Assembly (NCBI RefSeq): GCF_000734015.1 | Contig: NZ_CP008796.1 | Location: 1,590,001 to 1,622,000, forward strand | Direction of reading: 5' to 3' | Source: Thermodesulfobacterium commune DSM 2178 | GTDB lineage: Bacteria; Desulfobacterota; Thermodesulfobacteria; Thermodesulfobacteriales; Thermodesulfobacteriaceae | DNA length: 32,000 nt | Shown here: in pieces, positions 17,019 to 25,982 of the stretch | Position numbering within the stretch: the first letter of the stretch is position 1 | Layout of the letters: the number at the start of each line of letters is the position of its first letter | Translations under genes and position numbers: made by a program | The notes under the pieces: model-generated | The model's database searches: none | Told to the model about the DNA's origin: nothing | The model's input: the letters and a program-made list of their open reading frames with translations, nothing else

Positions 17019-17312
17019 TTAATGTTTTTCTATTTCTCTTTTAATCTCTTCAACCAACCTGTCATAGACGCTGTTTGCCCAAAGGGTATAAACTCCAGTT
17101 AACAGCCAGGAAAAAATTATTACTGAAATCCCCAGAGGAATTCCTAAAGGTATTGATCCGGTAACCTTAATGGCTAAAAAATCTTTTTTAAAAGCTAAAA
17201 GGTAGATAAAACCATAATAAATTAACAACTGGATAAAAGTAAGAGCAAAAGCTACCTTGTTTTTTTGAGACATTAACGTTTGAAACTTAGGAGAACTTAA
17301 CACCTCCTTCAT
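17019..17312 (-). CDS. DUF485 (YjcH-like) small inner-membrane protein
   Basis: Two TM segments. Start taken at ATG 17312 (MKEVLSSPKFQTLMSQKNK), 9 nt after GGAGG; the track start at 17363 lacks an SD. It lies directly upstream of the actP-like gene. Confidence 0.7.
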   Translation of the reverse strand: MKEVLSSPKFQTLMSQKNKVAFALTFIQLLIYYGFIYLLAFKKDFLAIKVTGSIPLGIPLGISVIIFSWLLTGVYTLWANSVYDRLVEEIKREIEKH

Positions 17313-17449
17313 ATTTAAACACCTCCTTTTTTGAGATTTATTTTCTGATAAAATAGATAGCAATAGTTATGCCAAAACAAAGAATATAGAATTATCAATG
17401 ATTAGATGGGAAAACACCAAAAATAGTAAAAACTTTGAGGAAAATTTCC

Positions 17450-18043
17450 TCAATTATTTTTAAAGCCCAAACAAGACAAGAGATGAGATCTTAACTGGGG
17501 TATCCCCTTAGATTCTTTACAGGAGATTAGGAAAAGAGGGGTTTCTGGATTAGGTTTGAATGTTTTTTGATAAACAGAGGCTTGACGTTCTACTTCTCTA
17601 AAGGATAAAGTATCTATCTTGTTTAAGACTATACAGTGAGGTTTTTTAAGGTGTTTTACAAACTCAACCAGCTGGATGTCTGCTTCATCGGGATTACGTC
17701 TTATATCAAAAATAAGTACAAGATTTCTAAAGTCTCTCACTGCTTTTAAATATCCCTCTACCAGGTATTGCCAGTGTTTTTTTACCTCAACAGGGACTTT
17801 AGCAAACCCGTAACCAGGTAGGTCTACTAAATAAAACTTAAAATCTATTCTAAAAAAGTTTAAGGCTTTGGTAAAGCCAGGAGTAGAGGACACTTTGGCT
17901 ACCTTTTTACGGTTTAAAAAGGCATTGATTAAAGAGGATTTACCTACGTTTGACCTTCCTAAAAAGGCAATTTCAGGAAATTCTGGAGGAGGCAGGTCCT
18001 CTAACTTAAAAACACTTTTAACAAACTCGATATGCTTAAACAT
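17450..18043 (-). CDS. engB: Ribosome-biogenesis GTPase EngB/YsxC/YihA
   Basis: 197-aa ORF with GRSNVGKSSLINAF (G1), DLPGYG (G3) and NKID (G4). Length and layout are typical of EngB. Confidence 0.88.
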   Translation of the reverse strand: MFKHIEFVKSVFKLEDLPPPEFPEIAFLGRSNVGKSSLINAFLNRKKVAKVSSTPGFTKALNFFRIDFKFYLVDLPGYGFAKVPVEVKKHWQYLVEGYLKAVRDFRNLVLIFDIRRNPDEADIQLVEFVKHLKKPHCIVLNKIDTLSFREVERQASVYQKTFKPNPETPLFLISCKESKGIPQLRSHLLSCLGFKNN

Positions 18044-18066
18044 GGTTAGTCTTGTTTTAAGATTAC

Positions 18067-18461
18067 GAGGGCAGGGTTTAAGTAAGCCGGGTTCTGTTAC
18101 CTGGGGAAATTTTCCCCAGGCGGTGATTATTTCTCTGAGAAGAGGGTTACCCCTCTTCTTAAGCGGCCTACCTGAGCCTTAGCGGGCGGGGCACCCATGG
18201 CTCTGTTTGGCCTTGCTCCGGACGGGGGTTGCCGTGCCACCAGGTGTTACCACCTGGTGCGGTGGGCTCTTACCCCACCTTTTCACCCTTGCCCGCACCA
18301 GAAAGGAAAAAATCCTTTCTGGCCGCTGGCGGTCTGTTTTCTGTGGCCCTTTCCAGGGATTACTCCCTCCGGGTGTTACCCGGCGTCCTCCCCTGTGGAG
18401 CCCGGACTTTCCTCCCCAGGGAATTAATCCCTGGAGCAATCACCTCTTAAACCCTGCCCTC
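18067..18461 (-). ncRNA. rnpB: RNase P RNA, bacterial type A
   Basis: The minus strand contains the universal blocks GGAAAGTCCGGGCTCC (complement of about 18397-18412) and ACAGAACCCGGCTTA (complement of about 18086-18100). A P1 helix is formed by GAGGGCAGGGTTTAAG at the 5' end pairing with CTTAAACCCTGCCCTC at the 3' end. The region is about 395 nt and conspicuously GC-rich against an AT-rich background. Confidence 0.95.
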
Positions 18462-18555
18462 TGTTTTTAAAACATAGGTTCTTTTTAAAATTTTTCAACC
18501 AGAACTGACCCGGCTTTTCAAAGTTTGATCCTATCCAAAAAATAGACTCTACGTT

Positions 18556-18579
18556 AAAATTACCTATAAAATTACCTAT
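18556..18579. repeat. Perfect 12-bp tandem duplication AAAATTACCTAT x2 in the rnpB / kinase intergenic region
   Basis: Read directly from the sequence: gttAAAATTACCTATAAAATTACCTATaaaac. It lies 25 nt upstream of the ATG at 18604. Confidence 0.9.
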
Positions 18580-18603
18580 AAAACTGTTTCATAAGGAGGC
18601 TTA

Positions 18604-19563
18604 ATGTTTGATTTCGTAGGTTGTGGGGCGCTTAATTGGGATATTTTTTTTGAGGTAGAAGACCTTGAGGTTTTAAAGGAAAAAAACATACCAGCTATAC
18701 CAGGAGGTGAAATAGCCTTAGAAAGAAAGGAATTTTTAGAGGTGCTTAATTTTTTAGAGAAAAAAGGCAACTTTTTGTTTGAAGGAGGAGGTGGGTCTGC
18801 AGCTAATACCCTTTATGCCCTTAGTCTTTGGGGGTTTAGGTGTAGTTTTTTAGGGGCGGTGGGAGAAGATTCTTTTGGTAAGAAGATTTTAGAAGAATTT
18901 TCTTCGGTAAACCTTGTTTCTGAGTATATCATAAAAAAAGGAACTACCAGTTTAGCTTTGATAATCTTAAGCCCATATCGTGACAGGTTTATCCTCGTAA
19001 GTCCAGGGGATGCAGAAAAATACCTCCCTTCCCTTTTATCAACCAAGGTCTTACCTACAGGGGTTTACCACTTTTCTTCCTTTGCCTCTAAAGAAGGAAG
19101 AAATTTTCAGCTAAATCTTCTTAGCAAGGTTAATCCTCTTTGTTTTGACCCAGGTAGAATATACACCGCTTTGGGATGGGAGTTCCTTTTGCCTTGGCTA
19201 AAAAAGACTAAACATCTTTTTATCACAGAAGAAGAACTGAGCATGTTAGATAAAAACCCTTATGACCTTTTAGAGTTAGGGATAGAAAAGATATTTTTAA
19301 AACAAGGCAAAAAGGGAGCAACCTTGGTGAGTAGGGATAGGGTTATCACAGCCTCAAGTCTAAAGATAGAAAAGGTGGTAGATAATACCGGGGCAGGCGA
19401 TTATTTTAACGCTGGGGTGCTTGCAGGTATAGCCTTAGGATTGCCTGACGAAAGAGCTTTAAACCTTGGGATTTATACCGCAGGAATAAGCCTCAGGGAT
19501 TACGGAAGAAGGGGTTGCTTAAACAAAAAGGAGTTTCAAAATTATGTAAGTTTGTTAAAATAA
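18604..19563 (+). CDS. PfkB/ribokinase-family carbohydrate kinase
   Basis: 319-aa ORF with AAGGAGG upstream. It has an N-terminal GGGGSAANT-type motif and the C-terminal catalytic motif DNTGAGDYFNAG. Confidence 0.8.
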   Translation: MFDFVGCGALNWDIFFEVEDLEVLKEKNIPAIPGGEIALERKEFLEVLNFLEKKGNFLFEGGGGSAANTLYALSLWGFRCSFLGAVGEDSFGKKILEEFSSVNLVSEYIIKKGTTSLALIILSPYRDRFILVSPGDAEKYLPSLLSTKVLPTGVYHFSSFASKEGRNFQLNLLSKVNPLCFDPGRIYTALGWEFLLPWLKKTKHLFITEEELSMLDKNPYDLLELGIEKIFLKQGKKGATLVSRDRVITASSLKIEKVVDNTGAGDYFNAGVLAGIALGLPDERALNLGIYTAGISLRDYGRRGCLNKKEFQNYVSLLK

Positions 19564-19591
19564 CAGATGAAAAATTTAAGAAGGTATTAAA

Positions 19592-20914
19592 ATGTCAGAA
19601 GTTGACCTAAAATATTTAAAAAGTCTTACTCAAGAATGGTTTAAAGACGCTTTTTATGGAGACCTTTACTTAGAAAGGGTTGAAACTCTTAAAATAGTGG
19701 TTGAGCCAGACAGAATAGACGAGGTCAACTGGGGAGTAGAAGAAGGCTCAGCCATAAGAAAAATCACCCCAGAGTTTACCAACAAACTCTATTTTTCTAA
19801 TGGATTTTTTGAGAAAGGTTTAAGAGAGTTGATTTTACAGACAAAAAGACCTTGTGAGGAAGAGGTTTCTAAAAAACTAACCACCAGGCTTGAATATTTA
19901 GAAGAATTAAAAAAGAAGGTTTGGTCTACGAAAGAGATAAAACACTATCGTCTTTTTTATAGCGAGGTCGTAAAAGAAGTATGGATTTTTACCTCAGAGG
20001 GAAAATTTTTGTCTGATAAAAGGGAATATACCAAGTTGGGAGTGATAGTGGTTGCAGAAAAGGACGGTAGGCTTGAGAGAGGTTATGAGGTCGCAGGGAG
20101 AAAGATGAACTTTGAACAGGTAAAGGATTTAGAAGAGTTTTTAGTTCTTCCTGAACGAGCCTCAAGGTTGGCTGTGAAGATGCTTTCAGCTAAGAAAGCT
20201 CCTGCTGGGGTTATGCCTGTAGTTTTAGCAGGTCAGGCAGGAGGAACGATGATACATGAGGCTGTAGGGCATGGTCTTGAGGCAGACCATGCAGAAGAGG
20301 GGCTTTCGGTTTATTCAGGTAAAATTGGGGAAAAAGTAGCCAGTCCTTTGATTACGGTGGTTGACGACCCAACGATAGAAGGTCTTTATGGTTCTTATCA
20401 GGTGGATGACGAAGGGGTTTATGCTCAACCGGTAGTTTTGATAGAGAACGGAAGGCTTAAAACCTATCTTTATGACAGGTTAACCGCATTTAAGTACCAG
20501 AAAACACCTAATGGACATGGAAGAAGGCAAGATTATAGGTGTATCCCTATACCTCGCATGGCCAATACCTATATAGCCAAAGGTCCTCATAAGCCTGAAG
20601 AGATCCTTAAAAGTATAGAAAAAGGGATTTTAGTAAAAAAAATGGGCGGAGGGGAGGTTAATCCTTTAACAGGAGATTTTGTGTTTGAAGTAAGAGAGGG
20701 TTATTACATAGATAAAGGAGAGATAGCCTATCCTGTTAAAGGTGCTACTTTAGTAGGGAACGGTCCCAAAGTATTAGAAATCATAGACATGGTAGGGGAG
20801 GATTTACATTTTGAGCCTGGGGTTTGTGGGAAAGACGGCCAAGGGGTTCCTGTTTCAGACGGCCAACCTACTCTAAGAATCCCTGAGTTGACTGTCGGAG
20901 GTATAGTAGAGTAA
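19592..20914 (+). CDS. tldD: TldD/PmbA-family metalloprotease (TldD-like)
   Basis: 440-aa ORF with the HExxxH site HEAVGHGLEADH and a Gly-rich C-terminal beta domain typical of TldD. Confidence 0.8.
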   Translation: MSEVDLKYLKSLTQEWFKDAFYGDLYLERVETLKIVVEPDRIDEVNWGVEEGSAIRKITPEFTNKLYFSNGFFEKGLRELILQTKRPCEEEVSKKLTTRLEYLEELKKKVWSTKEIKHYRLFYSEVVKEVWIFTSEGKFLSDKREYTKLGVIVVAEKDGRLERGYEVAGRKMNFEQVKDLEEFLVLPERASRLAVKMLSAKKAPAGVMPVVLAGQAGGTMIHEAVGHGLEADHAEEGLSVYSGKIGEKVASPLITVVDDPTIEGLYGSYQVDDEGVYAQPVVLIENGRLKTYLYDRLTAFKYQKTPNGHGRRQDYRCIPIPRMANTYIAKGPHKPEEILKSIEKGILVKKMGGGEVNPLTGDFVFEVREGYYIDKGEIAYPVKGATLVGNGPKVLEIIDMVGEDLHFEPGVCGKDGQGVPVSDGQPTLRIPELTVGGIVE

Positions 20915-20932
20915 TAAGAGAGGTGAAAAAAG

Positions 20933-22309
20933 ATGTGTGGACTTTTTGGGATATTTGGTGTAGAAGAAGCAGCTAACTATACATATTTTGGGCTTTATTC
21001 ACTTCAACACAGAGGTCAAGAAAGTGCTGGGATTGCAGTTTATGATGGAGAAACCATAAGAGAGTGGAAGGCCTTAGGGCTGGTAAGTGAGGTTTTTAAT
21101 GAGGAGATTTTGAAAGGTCTTAAAGGAAAGGTAGCTATCGGTCATGTGAGATATTCTACCACAGGGTCAAGTATAGTACAAAATGCTCAGCCTTTTTGTG
21201 TGAGTTTTGCTAAAAAAAAGATAGCCATAGCTCACAACGGAAATCTAGTCAACGCCTATCAGATCAGGTGCTCCCTCGAGGAAGAAGGACATATCTTTCA
21301 AACCACGATGGATAGTGAGGTTATTATTCATTTAGTCGTGAGAAACCTTAAAAAAGGTCTGGTAGAGGCTATTGCTGAGACTATGAAAAAAATAAAGGGA
21401 GCCTATTCTGTCCTTCTTCTTTACGATGACACCTTGGTTGCCTTTAGAGATCCTTGGGGTTTTCGTCCCCTTTGTTTAGGGATAATTAACGGAGGTTATG
21501 TGATAGCCTCTGAGACCTGCGCGTTTGACCTTATCGGGGCTCAGTATTTAAGAGAGGTAGCCCCAGGGGAGATTTTGGTTATAACTCAAGAAGGGCTAAA
21601 ATCTTATTTTCCCTTTAAAAAAGAAAAGTTTCCCAAGAGTCACTGTGTTTTTGAGTTTATCTATTTTGCCAGGCCTGATAGCCATATCTTTGGCAAAACC
21701 GTATATCCTGTAAGAAAACAGTTAGGAAAAAATCTTTATAAAGAATGTCCTTTAGAGGCAGATTTTGTGATGCCCTTTCCTGATTCAGGTACTTATGCAG
21801 CCATCGGATATTCACAGGCAAGTGGTATCCCTCTTGAGTTTGGAATGATAAGGAATCATTACATAGGAAGGACTTTTATCCAGCCTTCACAACGTCTTAG
21901 GGATCTTTCTGTAAAGATGAAATTAAACCCGGTAAAGGAACTTATCAAAAATAGAGAAATTATTATAGTAGATGATTCCTTGGTAAGAGGAACAACCAGT
22001 AAAAACCGATTTAGAGGGATAAAGGAGCTTGGGCCAAAAAAGGTTCATTTTTTGCTTTCTTGTCCCCCGATAAGGTTCCCTTGCTTTTTTGGAATAGATT
22101 TCCCTTCAAGGTCAGAGCTTATTGCAGCTAAACATAGTGTGGAAGAAATAAGAAAGTTTTTAGACATAGATACCCTTTATTATCTCAGTATAGAAGGGTT
22201 GGTTGATGCGTTAGGTGATCTAAGAAACAAATTATGTTTAGCCTGTTTTACCGGGGAATATCCGATAGAGGTTGATTTTAGTTTTAAAAAAGACATCGCA
22301 GAGGCATAA
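20933..22309 (+). CDS. purF: Amidophosphoribosyltransferase
   Basis: The N-terminus MCGLFGIFG carries the Ntn catalytic Cys. The PRPP-binding motif IIIVDDSLVRGTT is present. Length is 458 aa. Confidence 0.92.
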   Translation: MCGLFGIFGVEEAANYTYFGLYSLQHRGQESAGIAVYDGETIREWKALGLVSEVFNEEILKGLKGKVAIGHVRYSTTGSSIVQNAQPFCVSFAKKKIAIAHNGNLVNAYQIRCSLEEEGHIFQTTMDSEVIIHLVVRNLKKGLVEAIAETMKKIKGAYSVLLLYDDTLVAFRDPWGFRPLCLGIINGGYVIASETCAFDLIGAQYLREVAPGEILVITQEGLKSYFPFKKEKFPKSHCVFEFIYFARPDSHIFGKTVYPVRKQLGKNLYKECPLEADFVMPFPDSGTYAAIGYSQASGIPLEFGMIRNHYIGRTFIQPSQRLRDLSVKMKLNPVKELIKNREIIIVDDSLVRGTTSKNRFRGIKELGPKKVHFLLSCPPIRFPCFFGIDFPSRSELIAAKHSVEEIRKFLDIDTLYYLSIEGLVDALGDLRNKLCLACFTGEYPIEVDFSFKKDIAEA

Positions 22310-22310
22310 A

Positions 22311-23777
22311 ATGTCAAGTTTTAAAAGTTTACAAGAGTTTTTACAGGTGCTGGAACAGGAAAAGGAGTTAATAAGGGTTAAAGAAGAGGTTTCTCCTGAA
22401 CTTGAGATAACCGAGATTACCGACAGAGTTTGTAAAAAATTTGGCCCAGCCCTTTTGTTCGAAAAAGTAAAGGGCTATAAAATTCCTGTGGTTACCAACC
22501 TTATGGGAAGTTACAAAAGGATATGTTTAGCCCTGAGGGTAAAGGATCTTGATGAGCTTGGAAAAGAGGTTGCCGAGTTTATAGAGGTAACAAAACCTGG
22601 GTCTTTTTTTGAGAAATTAAAGCTTGTCCCGAAGCTTTTACGTGCCTCCAATCTTTTTCCTAAAAAGGTTGAAAAAGCCCCCTGTCAGGAGATAGTTTGG
22701 GAGGGAGATGAGGTAGATCTCTACAAACTTCCCATACTTAAATGCTGGCCTAAGGACGGAGGTCCTTTTATAACACTTCCTTGTGTGATCACCAAGGATC
22801 CTGAAACCGGGACTTATAACGTAGGTATGTACCGGATGCAGGTGTTTAGTAAGAATGAAACCGGTATGCACTGGCAAATACATAAGACCGGGGCTAAGCA
22901 CTATAGAAAAGCAGAAAAAAAAGGAGAAAGGTTGCCGGTAGCTGTAGCTATAGGCCCTGACCCTGCAATTATCTATGCAGCCACAGCTCCTTTACCTGAA
23001 GACATAGACGAGTTTTTGTTAGCAGGATTTTTAAGAAGGTCTCCGGTTGAACTGGTAAAATGTTTGACTGTGCCCCTTGAGGTGCCTGCAGAAAGTCAGA
23101 TCGTCCTTGAAGGATATGTAGAGCCCTTCGAAAGAAGGCTTGAAGGCCCTTTTGGAGATCATACTGGCTATTACACCCCTCCAGACTATTACCCTGTGTT
23201 TAGAGTTACCTGTATCACCTTAAGAAAGGATGCTATCTATCCGGCTACCATCGTAGGTAAACCTCCTCAAGAGGATTGTTTTCTTGGTAAGGCTACAGAA
23301 AGGTTGTTTTTGCCTCTGCTAAAAAAGATCCTTCCCGAAATAATAGATATTCATCTTCCTTGGGAGGGAGTTTTTCATAACTTAGCCTTTGTATCAATAG
23401 ATAAAAGATATCCAGGTCATGCCTTTAAAGTAGCCTCAGCCTTATGGGGCCTTGGGCAGATGATGTTTACCAAAATAATCGTGGTGGTTGACAAAGAGGT
23501 AAACGTTCAGAATATAAGTGAGGTGCTGTTTTACATGTCAGGCAACGTAGACCCAGAAAGGGATATCATGATAGTTAAAGGACCGGTTGATGCCCTTGAC
23601 CATGCAAGCCCTTATCCAGCCTATGGGTCTAAGATGTGTATCGATGCTACCAGAAAATGGAGAGAAGAGGGATATTTAAGGGAATGGCCAGAAGAGGCGG
23701 TTATGTCTGATGAAATCAAAGCTAAGGTTGAAAAGGTTTGGAAAAAAATCGAGGAACAGATGAGGAGGTTAAAATAA
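22311..23777 (+). CDS. UbiD-family (prenylated-FMN dependent) decarboxylase, menaquinone/ubiquinone-biosynthesis type
   Basis: Start moved to ATG 22311, 1 nt after the purF stop (MSSFKSLQEFLQVLEQEKELIRVKEEV). UbiD-like blocks include GPALLFEKVKGY, YNVGMYRMQV and GPFGDHTGYY. Confidence 0.8.
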   Translation: MSSFKSLQEFLQVLEQEKELIRVKEEVSPELEITEITDRVCKKFGPALLFEKVKGYKIPVVTNLMGSYKRICLALRVKDLDELGKEVAEFIEVTKPGSFFEKLKLVPKLLRASNLFPKKVEKAPCQEIVWEGDEVDLYKLPILKCWPKDGGPFITLPCVITKDPETGTYNVGMYRMQVFSKNETGMHWQIHKTGAKHYRKAEKKGERLPVAVAIGPDPAIIYAATAPLPEDIDEFLLAGFLRRSPVELVKCLTVPLEVPAESQIVLEGYVEPFERRLEGPFGDHTGYYTPPDYYPVFRVTCITLRKDAIYPATIVGKPPQEDCFLGKATERLFLPLLKKILPEIIDIHLPWEGVFHNLAFVSIDKRYPGHAFKVASALWGLGQMMFTKIIVVVDKEVNVQNISEVLFYMSGNVDPERDIMIVKGPVDALDHASPYPAYGSKMCIDATRKWREEGYLREWPEEAVMSDEIKAKVEKVWKKIEEQMRRLK

Positions 23778-23778
23778 G

Positions 23779-24270
23779 ATGTTGGTTGGGGTTATCAGTG
23801 ATACCCATGACAACATTTTTAACACAGAAAAGGCTATAAAGGTTGCTCAACAAAAAGGCTGTGAAATCCTTTTCCACTGTGGAGACCTTATTTCTCCTTT
23901 TATGATACCTCTGTTAGCTTCTTTTCAGAAAGAGGTACATCTTATCGTTGGAAATAATCAAGGAGATATAGCCTTGATGTATGAACATCTTAAAAAATAT
24001 CCGTGGGTTAAGTTTCACGGAGAGCAGGCGTTTTTAGAGATAAAGGGTGTTAATGTAGCGATGGTGCATTACCCTAAACTTGCCTATGTTTTAGCCAAGA
24101 GTCATGAGTTTGATTATGTTTTTTGTGGTCATACCCATAAGTTTGAAGTAAAAGAGATAGGAAAGGCCTTGGTGGTGAACCCAGGAGAGGTTTTGGGGAA
24201 AGAAGGTGTTCCTACTATGGTAGTCCTTGATTTAACCTCTAAGACCTGGGAAAAATTAGACCTTCTGTAA
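23779..24270 (+). CDS. YfcE/MJ0936-family metallophosphoesterase
   Basis: 163-aa ORF with the motifs VISDTHDN, GDLISP, GNNQGD and GHTH. Confidence 0.8.
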   Translation: MLVGVISDTHDNIFNTEKAIKVAQQKGCEILFHCGDLISPFMIPLLASFQKEVHLIVGNNQGDIALMYEHLKKYPWVKFHGEQAFLEIKGVNVAMVHYPKLAYVLAKSHEFDYVFCGHTHKFEVKEIGKALVVNPGEVLGKEGVPTMVVLDLTSKTWEKLDLL

Positions 24271-24284
24271 GGAGGGAGTAAACC

Positions 24285-25982
24285 ATGAGATTAAGCCGAT
24301 ATTTTATGCCTACCCTTCGCGAAGACCCTTCAGAGGCTGAAACAGTTAGTCATAAGTTGCTTTTAAGGGCCGGAATGATAAGAAAGTTAGCCTCTGGAAT
24401 TTATAATTTTTTACCTTTAGGTTTTAAGGCCTTAAAGAAGATAGAACAAATAGTGAGAGAGGAAATGAATAAGGCAGGTGCTCTTGAAATACTTATGCCT
24501 TTGGTCCAGCCTGCTGAACTTTGGCAAGAAACAGGGAGATGGGAGCTTTATGGAAAAGAGCTTTTAAGGATAAAAGACAGAAAGGACCATGATTTTTGTC
24601 TTGGGCCTACCCATGAAGAGGTGGTAACCGATATCGTGAGAAGGGATGTTAAGTCTTATAAGGACCTACCTTTAATCCTTTATCAGATTGCGGTTAAGTT
24701 TAGAGATGAAATACGTCCCAGGTTTGGTATCATGAGGGCACGAGAGTTTATCATGAAAGATGCCTACAGTTTTGATGCTGACGAAGAAGGTTTAGAAAAA
24801 AGTTATCAGAAAATGTACGAAACCTATCATCGGATCTTTGAAAACTGTGGTCTTAAGTTTAAGGCTGTAGAGGCTCATACCGGAGCTATAGGAGGGGATG
24901 TTTCTCATGAGTTTATGGTACTTGCAGAAACTGGAGAAGACACCATAGCCTTTTGTGAAGCCTGTGGTTATGCTTCAAACATAGAGTTAACCCCTGCAGA
25001 AACTTCAGAAAACTACCCTCAAGAATCACCTAAGCCTTTAGAGAAGGTTTATACCCCAGGGGTAAGGACAGCTAAGGAAGTAGCAGACTTCTTAGGTTTA
25101 CCTGTGGCAAAAATTACCAAAACCCTAATCTATATCGTAGAAGAAAACGAGGCTGTAGCAGTTTGTATAAGAGGAGACCATGAGGTAAACGAAATAAAAC
25201 TTGAGAAGATTTTAGGTGGTAAACCCTTTAGGATGGCAAAGGATGAAGAAATAAGAAGAATAGCAGGAGCAAGTCCTGGTTTTATCGGTCCTAAGGGATT
25301 AAAGATAAAGATAATTGCCGATAAAAGTTTAGTTGGATATCCTAACTTTGTTATAGGTGCTAATGAAGACGAATATCACTATATCAACGCTAACCTTGGA
25401 GAAACCTTTACTCCAGACATGATAGCTGATGTCAGAAAAGCAACGGAAGGAGACCTTTGCCCTCATTGTGGAAAACCATTAAGTTTTTTGAAAGGGATTG
25501 AGGTAGGACATATTTTTAAACTTGGCACTAAATACAGCCTTCCCATGAAAGCCATGTTTCTTGATAAAGACGGCCAGATGAAACCTTTTATCATGGGGTG
25601 TTATGGTATAGGGGTTAGCAGGGTGCTTGCGGCAACCATAGAACAGAACCATGACGAAAAAGGTATCATTTTCCCCTGGCAAATAGCACCTGTTCAAATA
25701 GGAATTATACCTTTAAAAGATAGTTTTAAAGAAAAGGCAGAAAGTTTATACCAGGGTTTAAGTCAAAAGTGGGATGTTTTGCTTGATGACAGAGATGAAC
25801 GCCCAGGGGTAAAGTTTAACGACCTTGATCTCATAGGGGTGCCTCTGCAAATCATCTTAGGTAAGGCTTTTGAAGAAAAAGGAGAGGTAGAAATCAAGCA
25901 AAGGAAGACAGGAGAAAGGGTATATCTTAAGCCTGAGGAAATAGAAAACTACGTCCAAGGGTTTGCGAAAAAGGGAGCTTAG
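24285..25982 (+). CDS. proS: Prolyl-tRNA synthetase (bacterial type with editing insertion)
   Basis: The N-terminus is MRLSRYFMPTLREDPSEAE..SHKLLLRAGMIRK. Class II motifs and a C-terminal anticodon-binding domain are present. Length is 565 aa. Confidence 0.93.
   Translation: MRLSRYFMPTLREDPSEAETVSHKLLLRAGMIRKLASGIYNFLPLGFKALKKIEQIVREEMNKAGALEILMPLVQPAELWQETGRWELYGKELLRIKDRKDHDFCLGPTHEEVVTDIVRRDVKSYKDLPLILYQIAVKFRDEIRPRFGIMRAREFIMKDAYSFDADEEGLEKSYQKMYETYHRIFENCGLKFKAVEAHTGAIGGDVSHEFMVLAETGEDTIAFCEACGYASNIELTPAETSENYPQESPKPLEKVYTPGVRTAKEVADFLGLPVAKITKTLIYIVEENEAVAVCIRGDHEVNEIKLEKILGGKPFRMAKDEEIRRIAGASPGFIGPKGLKIKIIADKSLVGYPNFVIGANEDEYHYINANLGETFTPDMIADVRKATEGDLCPHCGKPLSFLKGIEVGHIFKLGTKYSLPMKAMFLDKDGQMKPFIMGCYGIGVSRVLAATIEQNHDEKGIIFPWQIAPVQIGIIPLKDSFKEKAESLYQGLSQKWDVLLDDRDERPGVKFNDLDLIGVPLQIILGKAFEEKGEVEIKQRKTGERVYLKPEEIENYVQGFAKKGA

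Noticed and set aside
17437-17451. Near-palindrome GAGGAAAATTTCCTC overlapping the engB stop as an intrinsic terminator
   Set aside because: The effective stem is only about 5 bp of AT-rich pairing with an interrupted T-run downstream. It is too weak to call as a feature, although it may contribute to termination.
17868-18470. Track ORFs 17868-18182(+), 18179-18439(-), 18197-18427(+), 18207-18470(+) and 18229-18450(+), all with Pro/Gly/Arg-rich translations
   Set aside because: They overlap each other on both strands and coincide with the GC-rich RNase P RNA (and with the antisense of engB for the first one). They are a compositional artefact, not genes.
22272-22310. TTG start extending the UbiD-family gene into purF
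   Set aside because: ATG 22311 lies directly after the purF stop and gives a typical UbiD N-terminus. The extension has no supporting SD.
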